A stretch of 54,530 nt of DNA from NCBI GenBank assembly GCA_045656485.1, contig JAZORK010000080.1:1-54530 (forward strand). Direction: 5' to 3'. Made by a program: the position numbers and the translations under genes. This document shows positions 39,432 to 48,445 of the stretch, piece by piece. This DNA comes from Acutalibacteraceae bacterium (GTDB lineage: Bacteria; Bacillota; Clostridia; Oscillospirales; Acutalibacteraceae). Every line of letters starts with the position of its first letter. Position 1 is the first letter of the stretch. A model generated the notes under the pieces. That model saw only the letters and a list, made by a program, of their open reading frames with translations. It was not told the origin of the DNA and made no database searches.

Positions 39432-40420
39432 TGATTATTCAGTTTATTTGCCGTGCTATTCTCCTTGGTGTGCCGCTTTTATACGGCTCTACTGGTGAAA
39501 TTGTTACCGAAAAATCAGGCCACTTAAACCTTGGTATCCCTGGTATTATGTACGTTGGTGCTATAAGCGGTGTAGTAGGCTCATTCCTTTATGAAAATTC
39601 TTGCGGCAACGATATTGCCAATATGAACCCACTTCTTGCTATACTTATTCCCTTACTTTGCGCTATCGTGGGTGCAACACTTATGGGTCTTATTTACAGC
39701 TTTTTAACCGTTACACTCCACGCAAACCAAAACGTAACAGGTTTGGCGCTTACCACCCTTGGCATTGGTCTTGGTAACTTCCTTGGCGCTTCGCTTATCA
39801 ACATTACCGAAAGCGAACTTCCCTCTATTGCCCTTACTAAAACAAGCTCCTTCTTCTCGGCAAAGCTCCCCTTTGCTGATGATTTAGGTTGGTTTGGTGA
39901 GCTTTTCTTATCACACGACTTTTTGACATATTTGGCAATTGCAATTGCTATTATAACTTCCTTCGTGCTCAACCGCACACGTGTAGGTCTTAACCTTCGT
40001 GCAGTTGGTGAAAACCCTGCTACAGCCGATGCTGCCGGTATTAACGTTACACGTTATAAATACGTTGCAACCTGTATTGGTAGCGCTATTGCAGGTCTTG
40101 GTGGTTTGCAGTACGTTATGGCGTATGCCAGCGGTGTTTGGTCAAACAACGCCTTTGGCGACCGTGGTTGGATGGCTATTGCCCTTGTTATCTTCGCACT
40201 TTGGAAACCATCAATTGCTATTCTCGGCTCATTCCTTTTCGGTGCACTTTGTAATGCTAATAACTACATTCAAGGTCTTGGCACCGAAACACAAGAACTA
40301 TTTAAAATGTTACCTTACATCGTAACAATCATCGTTCTTATTATTACAAGCATGCGTAAAAAGAGAGAACATCAACCCCCACAAAGCTTAGGTCTTTCCT
40401 ACTTCCGTGAAGAAAGATAA
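39431..40420 (+). CDS. ABC transporter permease (BMP/nucleoside system)
   Basis: 329-aa polytopic membrane protein. Its start abuts the previous stop (TAATG). Confidence 0.9.
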   Translation: MIIQFICRAILLGVPLLYGSTGEIVTEKSGHLNLGIPGIMYVGAISGVVGSFLYENSCGNDIANMNPLLAILIPLLCAIVGATLMGLIYSFLTVTLHANQNVTGLALTTLGIGLGNFLGASLINITESELPSIALTKTSSFFSAKLPFADDLGWFGELFLSHDFLTYLAIAIAIITSFVLNRTRVGLNLRAVGENPATADAAGINVTRYKYVATCIGSAIAGLGGLQYVMAYASGVWSNNAFGDRGWMAIALVIFALWKPSIAILGSFLFGALCNANNYIQGLGTETQELFKMLPYIVTIIVLIITSMRKKREHQPPQSLGLSYFREER

Positions 40421-40426
40421 AATATA

Positions 40427-40458
40427 CAAAAAACTCCTGCCAAAGCAGGAGTTTTTTT
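40427..40458. terminator. Bidirectional rho-independent terminator
   Basis: AAACTCCTGC-CAAA-GCAGGAGTTT flanked by an A-run and a T-run. Confidence 0.8.
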
Positions 40459-40467
40459 AATTTGGAA

Positions 40468-41367
40468 TTATTCAATTTCTATATTAATATCGCCGGTGGT
40501 AACCTTAATTTCACACTTACCGCCCGTGGTGGTTTGTGGAACACTAATATCACCCGTAGTGGCTTTTGTTACAAAAATCTTATCGGTTAGCAAACTACCC
40601 TTAACATCGCCTGTGGTTGCTTTAAGGTATAATTCCCCTGCATCACAACTGTCAAGAGTTATATCACCTGTGCTTCTTTTAACAAAAAGTTTTTCTTTCA
40701 CAATAACATTACTTAACCTAATATCACCCGTTGTGCCGTTCGACACCAAATTATCGCACTTAATATTACTTAATTTTATTACGCCTGTCGAGAGTGAAAG
40801 GTCGATTTGCTTTGCCGAAACATCGTTTAACTGCATATCACCCGTAGTGGTTTTTAAATTAACGTCATTAGTTATAGTAGCCGAAAAATCAATATCACCC
40901 GTGCTTATTGAAATTTGAGCGTTGCCGAATTTAAAATCCTTTGCCACCTTTACGTCGCCTGTGGTAGCCTTTACTGTTAAATCACCATATTCACCCTTAG
41001 GCATATAAACCGTAATTTTAGGTGTATTAAAATTAATGCCGATAAACCAATTTTTTATCTTGTCTTGAAGTTCAATTGTAAGAGTATCATTAACTACACT
41101 CACCGAATGGGTTGCATTTTTATATGCATAACATTCGACTGTGGTTTTTTTATTTTCGCTCGGTAAAAATTCAATATCCGCTGTATCGGTATCAAGAAGT
41201 ATATTCTTAAAATCTTCGGTTATTTCGTAAGACTTTGTAACATATTCTACCGTGGATAATCTTCTAAAATTCCATCCAAACATCGTCATCACTCCCACAA
41301 AAAGTATAGCACCGATCACTATTAAAGAAACGGCCACAATAATCCACGCTAAAGTTTTTCTAGACAT
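40468..41367 (-). CDS. DUF4097-type (LiaF/LiaG C-terminal-like 'putative adhesin') beta-helix repeat protein with an N-terminal TM anchor
   Basis: About ten degenerate repeats centred on (T/S)TGD(I/V). ATG at 41367 lies 8 nt after AAGGAG. Confidence 0.75.
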   Translation of the reverse strand: MSRKTLAWIIVAVSLIVIGAILFVGVMTMFGWNFRRLSTVEYVTKSYEITEDFKNILLDTDTADIEFLPSENKKTTVECYAYKNATHSVSVVNDTLTIELQDKIKNWFIGINFNTPKITVYMPKGEYGDLTVKATTGDVKVAKDFKFGNAQISISTGDIDFSATITNDVNLKTTTGDMQLNDVSAKQIDLSLSTGVIKLSNIKCDNLVSNGTTGDIRLSNVIVKEKLFVKRSTGDITLDSCDAGELYLKATTGDVKGSLLTDKIFVTKATTGDISVPQTTTGGKCEIKVTTGDINIEIE

Positions 41368-41965
41368 TACAATCACTCCTTTTAGCTATTCGATTTTTAA
41401 GAGATTTAATAATCTGATTTAAGAAAAGTATAACACCCTTTGTCGCAAGTTTGCAAAGCAAGAACAAAAGAATAGCAATTCCAAAACAAACAAGTGCTGC
41501 GCCAATCAAAAATAATCCCGATAGTACACTTTTACTGCTGATTAGCACACCACCAGCTACAATGCCGCCAAAGCCACAAGCCAAAACCGCCACAAAGGAA
41601 GCCCAAAAGCTTATAACAACCGCCCATAATGCCACATAAAACGATATTATCACCGCGAACAATGATACGCCCAAGGAAATCCAAATCGGCGAGCCTAATA
41701 CTAATAGCACAATCTCCAATGCGCTAATTCTTCTATTGCATTTAACCTTTTCTTTAACAAGCTTTGTTATAGGAGTATCGGCTATAATCGCTTCGGCGAT
41801 TTTTTCTACCGAACCCACCGCAGCTACTGCATCTTCTTCGGAAAGTCCATCTTCCATACGGTCATCTATCATTTCGCTGTAAAAGCTAATTTGTTCTTCT
41901 ATTTCGGCTTTTGGCAGACCACAAAGCCCATTTTCAAGATTTTTCAGAAAATCAATCTTAGTCAT
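41360..41965 (-). CDS. DUF1700-type membrane protein
   Basis: The N-terminus TKIDFLKNLENGLCGLPKAEIEEQISFYSEMIDD is typical of DUF1700. Three or four C-terminal TM helices follow. Confidence 0.7.
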   Translation of the reverse strand: MTKIDFLKNLENGLCGLPKAEIEEQISFYSEMIDDRMEDGLSEEDAVAAVGSVEKIAEAIIADTPITKLVKEKVKCNRRISALEIVLLVLGSPIWISLGVSLFAVIISFYVALWAVVISFWASFVAVLACGFGGIVAGGVLISSKSVLSGLFLIGAALVCFGIAILLFLLCKLATKGVILFLNQIIKSLKNRIAKRSDCNV

Positions 41966-42278
41966 TAGCGTCATCCCCCTTTGTCACAAACTTATATATC
42001 GCTAAAATTTCTTCCCAGTCGTTTTTAAAATCTTCGATTCTAGCGAGTCCCAAATCGGTAATATGGTAATATTTGCGTAATCTTCCGCCGTGCTCAGCCG
42101 TGCTGACCGTTAGCATATTCGCCGTTTCTAAACGCTTTAAAATTGTATAAAGTGTCGATTCCGACAGTTCAATATACGGCTTCATATCTTTGATAATCTT
42201 GTATCCATAGGATGCCTCGTCCTTAATGGCTGATAGCACACACACATCCAAAAGCCCACGCTTTAATTGAATATCCAT
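41958..42278 (-). CDS. PadR family transcriptional regulator
   Basis: 106-aa winged helix with the pattern ASYGYKIIKDM...SESTLYTILKRLE...YYHIT. Confidence 0.9.
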   Translation of the reverse strand: MDIQLKRGLLDVCVLSAIKDEASYGYKIIKDMKPYIELSESTLYTILKRLETANMLTVSTAEHGGRLRKYYHITDLGLARIEDFKNDWEEILAIYKFVTKGDDAND

Positions 42279-42302
42279 ACCATACCTCCTTTTACATAAT
42301 AC

Positions 42303-42331
42303 ATCGTAACACGAAGTATATGTTTTGTCAA
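42303..42331 (-). promoter_or_regulatory. Sigma-A promoter of the PadR operon, overlapped by an imperfect palindrome (possible PadR operator)
   Basis: On the minus strand: TTGACA (42331-42326), 17-nt spacer, TACGAT (42308-42303). ACATATAC...GTATTATGT spans the -10 region. Confidence 0.45.
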
Positions 42332-42358
42332 GAGGATTTTAAAATTTTATAGATACAT

Positions 42359-42385
42359 AAAAAAGGCTCCCTCGTTGAGGGAGCC
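42359..42385 (-). terminator. Rho-independent terminator after the DUF1893 gene
   Basis: GGCTCCCTC-GTT-GAGGGAGCC (9-bp perfect stem) followed by a U-run on the minus strand. Confidence 0.8.
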
Positions 42386-42405
42386 AAAATTATACATATT
42401 AACTT

Positions 42406-42831
42406 TTAACCACTTTTCAAATTTTCAAGTGTTTGTTTTATCTTTATAAATGCTTTTTGTGAATCGGTAATGCCGTTTACCGCCGTTTCAATAGGGCACT
42501 TACCGTCACCCTTGCGGTTAATAATAAAGGGAACTAAATTTTCATAAAAAACACAAATTCCGTTTTGCTTTAAAAGGTCATAGGCGGATTCGCTTATCAC
42601 ATTTGCCCATACCGATTTTACCTTTAGTAAAATATACAAATGCGCCACACCTATGCCGACTGTTTTATCAGCGGCGGAAAAGCCTTCAAAACATTTACCC
42701 GATTCTAAAAAATCTATTAAAGGCTTTACACCCCTTAAAGTCGAGTGGTATTCTTCCCCACCACTACACAACACACAGGTATAGCCATTTTTTATTAAAA
42801 TATCTTTTGCAATTTGAGTATTTTTTTGCAT
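42406..42831 (-). CDS. DUF1893 (TM1506-like) domain protein
   Basis: 141 aa. The pattern GYTCVL...STLRGVKPL...ADKVVG.G.A...CP is recalled from the DUF1893 family. It starts 8 nt after the upstream CDS. Confidence 0.65.
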   Translation of the reverse strand: MQKNTQIAKDILIKNGYTCVLCSGGEEYHSTLRGVKPLIDFLESGKCFEGFSAADKTVGIGVAHLYILLKVKSVWANVISESAYDLLKQNGICVFYENLVPFIINRKGDGKCPIETAVNGITDSQKAFIKIKQTLENLKSG

Positions 42832-42838
42832 AGTCGTA

Positions 42839-43936
42839 TCACAATTTCGCTATTTTTTCAAGCTGCTCTTTTATTTGAATATTTTGCGGACAAATTTTTT
42901 CACACTTGCCGCATTTAATGCAGTCGCTCGCTGTTCCCTTATCGGTTGGGAAGGTAGCTTTTGCTTCGTCACCTGTAATTTGCGCCGAAAGAACTTTATT
43001 ATAAGCCGAAAAAAGTGTTGGAATAGGAATATTTTTAGGTCAAACTTCGGTGCAGTAAGCACACGCAGTACAAGGGATTTGACTAACTTGGCGTATAATT
43101 TCACGCACACGGTCACATGCTTCAAATTCCCTTTGGGTAAAGGATACAAATGGGTCAAAAGTATTTAGGTTATCCATCATCATATCCATACTACCCATGC
43201 CCGAAAGCACCATAAACACATTAGGGTAGCTTGCGGCATAACGCAAAGCATAGGAAGCATAACTGCCGCCCTTTAATTCATCAAGCACCTGTGCTGCCTT
43301 ATCGGGCAGGTTTACAAGTGCGCCGCCCTTTACAGGCTCCATAACAATAACCTTTTTACCGTGCTTTACCGCCACATCATAACAGGCTTTGCTTTGCACG
43401 CTGGGGTCGTCGTAATCAAGGTAGTTGATTTGCAACTGCACAACTTCTATAAAGGGCTGTTCAGTAAGAATCATATCCAAAATATCGGCAGTATCGTGAA
43501 AAGACATTGCAATATGCTTAATTTTACCCTGCTCTTTGAGTTTTTTTACAATCTCAAAGGTATTACATTCCTTGTGCTTGGGGTAAGATTTTCGGGTTAA
43601 ACAATGGAAAAGATAAAAATCAAAATATTCCACACCACAAAGCTTTAACTGACTTTCAAAGAGGGGAACAATATCCTCTTCTTTTTCAAAATACCAGTCA
43701 GACAATTTGTTAGCCAAAATAAAATCTTCACGTTTATATCTGGCGCTTAAACAGTCACGTATAGCGGTTTCACTTTTACCACCAATATATCCGTGGGCGG
43801 TGTCAAAATAATTAAACCCTGCGGCTATAAATGAATCTATCATACGGTTAAATTCGGCATAATCTACATTTTCGCCATCCATTTTAAGACGCATACAACC
43901 AAAGCCAAAATTTTTCTTAATTTCAGGAAAAGACAT
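42839..43936 (-). CDS. Aldo/keto reductase fused to a 2x[4Fe-4S] ferredoxin domain, with an in-frame TGA (43040-43042) at the 4th Cys position of the first cluster motif
   Basis: The AKR core occupies ORF 43040-43936. My hand translation continues in the same frame after the TGA: CTACAYCTEV[TGA]PKNIPIPTLFSAYNKVLSAQITGDEAKATFPTDKGTASDCIKCGKCEKICPQNIQIKEQLEKIAKL*. Confidence 0.7.
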
Positions 43937-43993
43937 ATTAAAATCCTCCTTTATTTTTATAACAATTTTATCATATATATATTACCTTTGCAA

Positions 43994-44027
43994 GAAAAAA
44001 GATGCCCTACTAAAAAGCAGAGCATCT
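43994..44027 (-). terminator. Rho-independent terminator after gltS
   Basis: In minus-strand RNA, AGAUGCUCU/AGGGCAUCU (9 bp, one G-U) followed by U6. Confidence 0.75.
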
Positions 44028-44040
44028 AAAATTCAAAAGA

Positions 44041-45486
44041 TTATGTTTCGTCGGTCCAAACAGGGACAAATGTGTTTTTATACTTCTTTTTGAATATTTT
44101 TCGGCGGAACAAATACACCGTATAAGCAAACCACAAAACAAAGAAAATAGCGCAGGCGATCAAAGCGTGTGTTGTAGAGTTTGCCGCAAAGCTTAACAAA
44201 AACAGAAGGGGTGCAATCATTACCATTGCAGGAAAATTAGAAAGAATATACAAGCTTGAAGTCGGGGTGCGAAGACCAGGGTCGATTTCCTTCATTAAAA
44301 TCATACCGTTAGATGCAGTACCCGTCATAGTGCCGTAACACATTAAGAAAAGCTCGTGTTCAAAGCCTTTAAAACATTCTTTAGAAACCAAACGAATATA
44401 TATGTAGGTAACTACAGCACCAACCACACTTAAAATCACAACAGGTAAAATGTAATTTTTAATGTCGTTAATTTCAATAGCAGCAACGCCGGCAACAATC
44501 ATTAGGTCAAACGAAAAGCCTGAAACACGATCCATTTGATAGTTGTTAATATAATCACGGCTCATTATATTGCTTTTGCGAAGCCTTTTTACCACAAATT
44601 TAATAAGCATAGCCGCAAGTGAAGCCCAAAGGAAGTTAAAGCCCCAAGCAATGCTGTTTGTAAACTTAGAAAGAATACCCAACAAATACATAAGTCCAAA
44701 AGAAAGTGCATAAGCCAAGGCAACAAAGCCCATTTGCAGGGTGAATTTGTCTACCGATTCGTTATCGGGAATTTCAAATCCGTTAGGATTACTTTGGTCA
44801 ACGATTTCGCCGTCGGGTCTAGCTTTACGAACCTGCAAAGCGCCACGCTTTTTATAAATATTGATATACAAAATACCAAATACCGATGCCACAACAAAAC
44901 CGATAGAAGCCAACGACAAACCAAAACTGCCGTTACCTGCAAACTGTGCCGCAGGAGTATTTGTAAAGTTGATGTCCCAACTAAGTGCGTTACCGGGACC
45001 TTGACCGTAAGCCAAGGGAAGAATTAAACCACAAATATATGAAATAACCTTTTTGCCGTAACGTGTAAGAGCAAAAAGAATAAGTGTTATGCCAAGACCC
45101 ACAAAGGCTTGCAGCATGTAGCAACCGCCCTGCAAAGCACCAAATTCTATAACCTGTGTGCCGTTGGTTTTGTGGGTGCTTTTTTCGGTTTTAAGGCTCA
45201 TAGCCGCAAAGCCAATAGCCAAGCAATGATAGGTAATAACCTGCATAAGACGGTTATCAACAAGAACTAAACCGAATTGCTTTGTAATAAAATTAACGAG
45301 CAACAATAATCCACCGCCCAAAAGTGCCGACGGAATCAAGCATTTGCGCAATAGTGGAATAGTTCTTCTAAGAATATTACCTAACATTAAAAACATTAAC
45401 AGTAATCCAAGCTGAACCAAAAACGCCCAAACCGCATTATAGTTGGCCATGGTAAAATCCCAACTAGCTGTATAATCCATAGACAA
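44041..45486 (-). CDS. gltS: Sodium/glutamate symporter (GltS/ESS family)
   Basis: 481 aa with about 12 TM segments. The N-terminal pattern and overall architecture resemble GltS. Confidence 0.75.
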   Translation of the reverse strand: MSMDYTASWDFTMANYNAVWAFLVQLGLLLMFLMLGNILRRTIPLLRKCLIPSALLGGGLLLLVNFITKQFGLVLVDNRLMQVITYHCLAIGFAAMSLKTEKSTHKTNGTQVIEFGALQGGCYMLQAFVGLGITLILFALTRYGKKVISYICGLILPLAYGQGPGNALSWDINFTNTPAAQFAGNGSFGLSLASIGFVVASVFGILYINIYKKRGALQVRKARPDGEIVDQSNPNGFEIPDNESVDKFTLQMGFVALAYALSFGLMYLLGILSKFTNSIAWGFNFLWASLAAMLIKFVVKRLRKSNIMSRDYINNYQMDRVSGFSFDLMIVAGVAAIEINDIKNYILPVVILSVVGAVVTYIYIRLVSKECFKGFEHELFLMCYGTMTGTASNGMILMKEIDPGLRTPTSSLYILSNFPAMVMIAPLLFLLSFAANSTTHALIACAIFFVLWFAYTVYLFRRKIFKKKYKNTFVPVWTDET

Positions 45487-45691
45487 ATACCTTCTTTATA
45501 AAAAAGATTATGTATGTTTACGTAAATTTAATTACACATATACCTAAAAATTATATCACAAATTACAAATTCCTGCAATATTTATTATTTTTTTACAAAT
45601 TGAGATATAAAAACGGACTTTATGCAAATTACACTCCACTATATAACAAGGTTTGTGCATACAAAATATTCCTTAAAATTTAAAATATTTT

Positions 45692-45745
45692 AAAAAAGAA
45701 AAAGCCCCGTTAGGAATGCAGAAATTACTACGTTCCTAACGGGGT
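45692..45745 (-). terminator. Rho-independent terminator after fucO
   Basis: 13-bp stem ACCCCGUUAGGAA/UUCCUAACGGGGC followed by UUUUUCUUUUUU on the minus strand. Confidence 0.8.
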
Positions 45746-45791
45746 CTTCGCAACTTTATTTAATCTGATATTCAATCAAAAATATATAAAA

Positions 45792-46940
45792 TTACATTAA
45801 CTTAAGATAAAGTTCTTTAATTTCTTCAACGCTTGTATCGCGGGGGTTACCAGGACGGCAAGCATCGTCAAATGCGGATTGTGAAAGGAAGTCAACGTCT
45901 TCAGCCTTAACAATTTCCTTAAGGTCAGCAGGGATGCCAACGTCGATTGACAATTGCTTAACAGCTTCGATAGCAGCCTTTCTTGCATCTTCAAGGCTCA
46001 TAGCATCTACGCCTTCAACGCCCATAACTTTAGCGATTTCTCTGTACTTTTCGCCGGTTTCGGGAGCGTTGTATTCCATAACGGTAGGAAGAATGATAGC
46101 ATTTGCAACACCGTGAGGAGTATCATACAAAGCGCCGAGGGGGTGAGCCATAGAGTGCACGATACCAAGACCTACGTTACTAAAGCCCATACCTGCGATG
46201 TATTGACCGAGAGCCATACCTTCGCGGCCAGCGTCGGTGTTTTCAACAGCGCCACGGAGAGATTTAGCAATAAGTTCAATAGCTTTTAAGTGGAACATAT
46301 CGCTCATTTCCCAAGCGCCCTTAGTAATGTAACCTTCAATAGCGTGGGTTAAAGCGTCCATACCGGTAGCAGCGGTAAGCGACTTCGGCATAGAAGCCAT
46401 CATATCGGGGTCAACGATAGCAACAACGGGAATATCGTGAACGTCTACGCAAACCATCTTGCGATTGTTTTCAGCATCAGTGATAACGTAGTTAATTGTA
46501 ACTTCAGCAGCAGTACCAGCGGTGGTAGCAACAGCGATGATAGGAGTGCAAGGATTCTTTGTGGGAGCAACGCCTTCTAATGAACGAACGTCAGCGAATT
46601 CGGGGTTGGTGATGATAATACCAATTGCCTTAGCAGTATCCATAGAAGAACCGCCGCCGATAGCCACGATACAGTCAGCACCGCTTGCCTTGAAAGCAGC
46701 AACACCGTTTTGAACGTTTTCAATTGTGGGGTTGGGCTTAATATCGCTGAAAATTTCATAAGCGATGTTAGCGTTATCAAGAATATCGGTTACCTTTTTG
46801 GTAACTTCAAACTTGATAAGATCAGGGTCGGAGCAAACGAAAGCCTTTTTAAAGCCTCGAGCCGTGATTTCGGTAGCGATTGCGTTAATCGCACCTTTGC
46901 CGTGGTAGCTGGTTTCATTGAGTACAAATCTGTTTGCCAT
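45792..46940 (-). CDS. fucO: Iron-containing alcohol dehydrogenase, lactaldehyde reductase (1,2-propanediol oxidoreductase) type
   Basis: 382 aa, collinear with E. coli FucO as I recall it (MANR..LNET, GGGS..D.AKAIG, TTAGTAAEVTINYVITD, GVANAI). Confidence 0.88.
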   Translation of the reverse strand: MANRFVLNETSYHGKGAINAIATEITARGFKKAFVCSDPDLIKFEVTKKVTDILDNANIAYEIFSDIKPNPTIENVQNGVAAFKASGADCIVAIGGGSSMDTAKAIGIIITNPEFADVRSLEGVAPTKNPCTPIIAVATTAGTAAEVTINYVITDAENNRKMVCVDVHDIPVVAIVDPDMMASMPKSLTAATGMDALTHAIEGYITKGAWEMSDMFHLKAIELIAKSLRGAVENTDAGREGMALGQYIAGMGFSNVGLGIVHSMAHPLGALYDTPHGVANAIILPTVMEYNAPETGEKYREIAKVMGVEGVDAMSLEDARKAAIEAVKQLSIDVGIPADLKEIVKAEDVDFLSQSAFDDACRPGNPRDTSVEEIKELYLKLM

Positions 46941-46958
46941 AATGAAAAACTCCTTTTA

Positions 46959-48371
46959 TTATATATTTTCAATTTTAATTAAAGACGTATTACCTGAGGT
47001 ACCACTTGTGTCGCCGCCTGTGATAATAATTTTATCACCCTTTTCAAGGGAAAGTTCCTGCTCGGCAATTTTCTTTGCGGTATAAAACAAAACGTCCGTT
47101 GAGCTGAAACGTTCACACATTGCAGGGATAACGCCCCAAGAAAGAGCAAGTCTTCTCCAAGTTCGTTCATCGGTTGTAAGACCAAGAATAGGAACAGGAG
47201 AACGGAAACGGGATACCATTCGAGCAGTCATACCCGAAAGCGAACAAGCAACGATTGCTTTGGCGTTAAGGTCAATTGCCATTCCGCAGGTAGAATGAGA
47301 GATAGCATCCACCGAATCTCTGATTTCAAAAGCTGCATTATGGAAGCGCTTATTATAGTGGATATTACTTTCGGTAGTTTCGGCAATTTCAGCCATTGTT
47401 TTTACCGATTCAATAGGATATTTGCCTGCGGCGGTTTCGCCCGAAAGCATAATAGCACTTGTGCCGTCATAAACCGCATTAGCAACGTCGGATATTTCGG
47501 CTCTGGTAGGACGAGGGTTAGAAATCATAGATTCAAGCATTTCGGTTGCGGTAATAACCCTTTTACCAAGCAAGCGGCACTTTGTTATCAACTTTTTCTG
47601 AATTGCAGGCAACATTTTGAAGGGTATCTCAACACCCATATCTCCACGGGCAATCATAATACCGTCGCACTCTTCGCAAATTTCTTCGATATTATCAAAA
47701 CCCGACTGATTTTCAATTTTAGCAATAAGCTCAATATCGTCGGCATTAAGCTCTTTAAGATATTCGTGAACGTCAATAAGGTCTTGCTTGTTTGATACAA
47801 AGGAACAAGCGATATAATCCACATCATTCTGAACGCCGAAAGCAATGTCTTTCTTGTCTTGTTCGGAAAGGTATTCTTGTTTCATTACTTTACCAGGAAA
47901 GCTCATACTCTTTCGATCCGAAAGCTCGCCGCCAACTACAACGGTGGATTCAATGTTTGCTCCGTCAATATTTACAACCTCAAATGTTAAAAGACCATTG
48001 TTAAGCAAAATGGTGTCGCCCACAGAAAGTTCGCTCGGCAAATTCTTATAACTTACCGAAACCTTGGTTTCATCACCTTCAACTTCGTCGGTGGTGAAGG
48101 TGAATTTATCTCCATCATTTAAGGTGATTTTATGATTGCGGAAGGTTTTAATTCTATATTCGGGGCCTTTGGTATCAAGCATAATAGCAATGGGCATTTT
48201 AAGGTCGGAACGAACCTTTTTAACAAGGTCAATTCTTCTCTGATGATCTTCGTGAGTATTGTGAGAAAAATTAAGTCTTGCCACGTTCATACCGGCTTTG
48301 CAAAGACCGGTTATTATTTCTTCAGTCTCACTTGCAGGACCTATTGTGCAAACAATTTTTGTTTTACGCAT
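46959..48371 (-). CDS. pyk: Pyruvate kinase
   Basis: 470 aa: MRKTKIVCTIGPAS, MNVARLNFSHN, MIARGDMGVEIP. Confidence 0.95.
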   Translation of the reverse strand: MRKTKIVCTIGPASETEEIITGLCKAGMNVARLNFSHNTHEDHQRRIDLVKKVRSDLKMPIAIMLDTKGPEYRIKTFRNHKITLNDGDKFTFTTDEVEGDETKVSVSYKNLPSELSVGDTILLNNGLLTFEVVNIDGANIESTVVVGGELSDRKSMSFPGKVMKQEYLSEQDKKDIAFGVQNDVDYIACSFVSNKQDLIDVHEYLKELNADDIELIAKIENQSGFDNIEEICEECDGIMIARGDMGVEIPFKMLPAIQKKLITKCRLLGKRVITATEMLESMISNPRPTRAEISDVANAVYDGTSAIMLSGETAAGKYPIESVKTMAEIAETTESNIHYNKRFHNAAFEIRDSVDAISHSTCGMAIDLNAKAIVACSLSGMTARMVSRFRSPVPILGLTTDERTWRRLALSWGVIPAMCERFSSTDVLFYTAKKIAEQELSLEKGDKIIITGGDTSGTSGNTSLIKIENI

Positions 48372-48382
48372 ATTTAACCTCC

Positions 48383-48435
48383 AAAAAAAGTGCCTACTCT
48401 TTACACGAAAACATAAAAACGCAAAGAGCAGGCAT
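48383..48435 (-). terminator. Strong rho-independent terminator closing the hydrogenase operon, directly abutting the pyk RBS
   Basis: In minus-strand RNA, UGCCUGCUCUUU/AAAGAGUAGGCA (12 bp) followed by U7 and then immediately GGAGG (48382-48378) and the pyk ATG (48371). Confidence 0.8.
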
Positions 48436-48445
48436 AAACAAAAAA

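Noticed and set aside
40468-41367. Regularly spaced DNA repeats (ACCGGTGAT/ACTGGTGAT and similar), checked as a possible CRISPR or tandem-repeat array.
   Set aside because: They are in frame and encode the (T/S)TGD(I/V) beta-helix repeats of the DUF4097 protein. They are degenerate and have no spacer architecture.
42960-43039. Search for a SECIS stem-loop downstream of the in-frame TGA in the AKR-ferredoxin gene.
   Set aside because: I found only a 5-bp AU-rich hairpin. There is no stable stem with a G/U-containing apical loop at the expected 10-25 nt distance, so I do not annotate a SECIS.
45541-45670. Recurring ACAAATT/GCAAATT motifs (about 45557-45573, 45592-45603 and 45623-45634) upstream of gltS, considered as operator repeats.
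   Set aside because: The region is extremely AT-rich. The motif is short and irregularly spaced, so chance occurrence is likely.
47295-47795. 166-aa plus-strand ORF inside pyk. Similar long antisense ORFs occur at 29782-30162, 31862-32266, 37252-37623 and 38706-39050.
   Set aside because: All of them lie opposite well-supported conserved genes, lack RBSs and have odd composition. These are typical antisense shadow ORFs.
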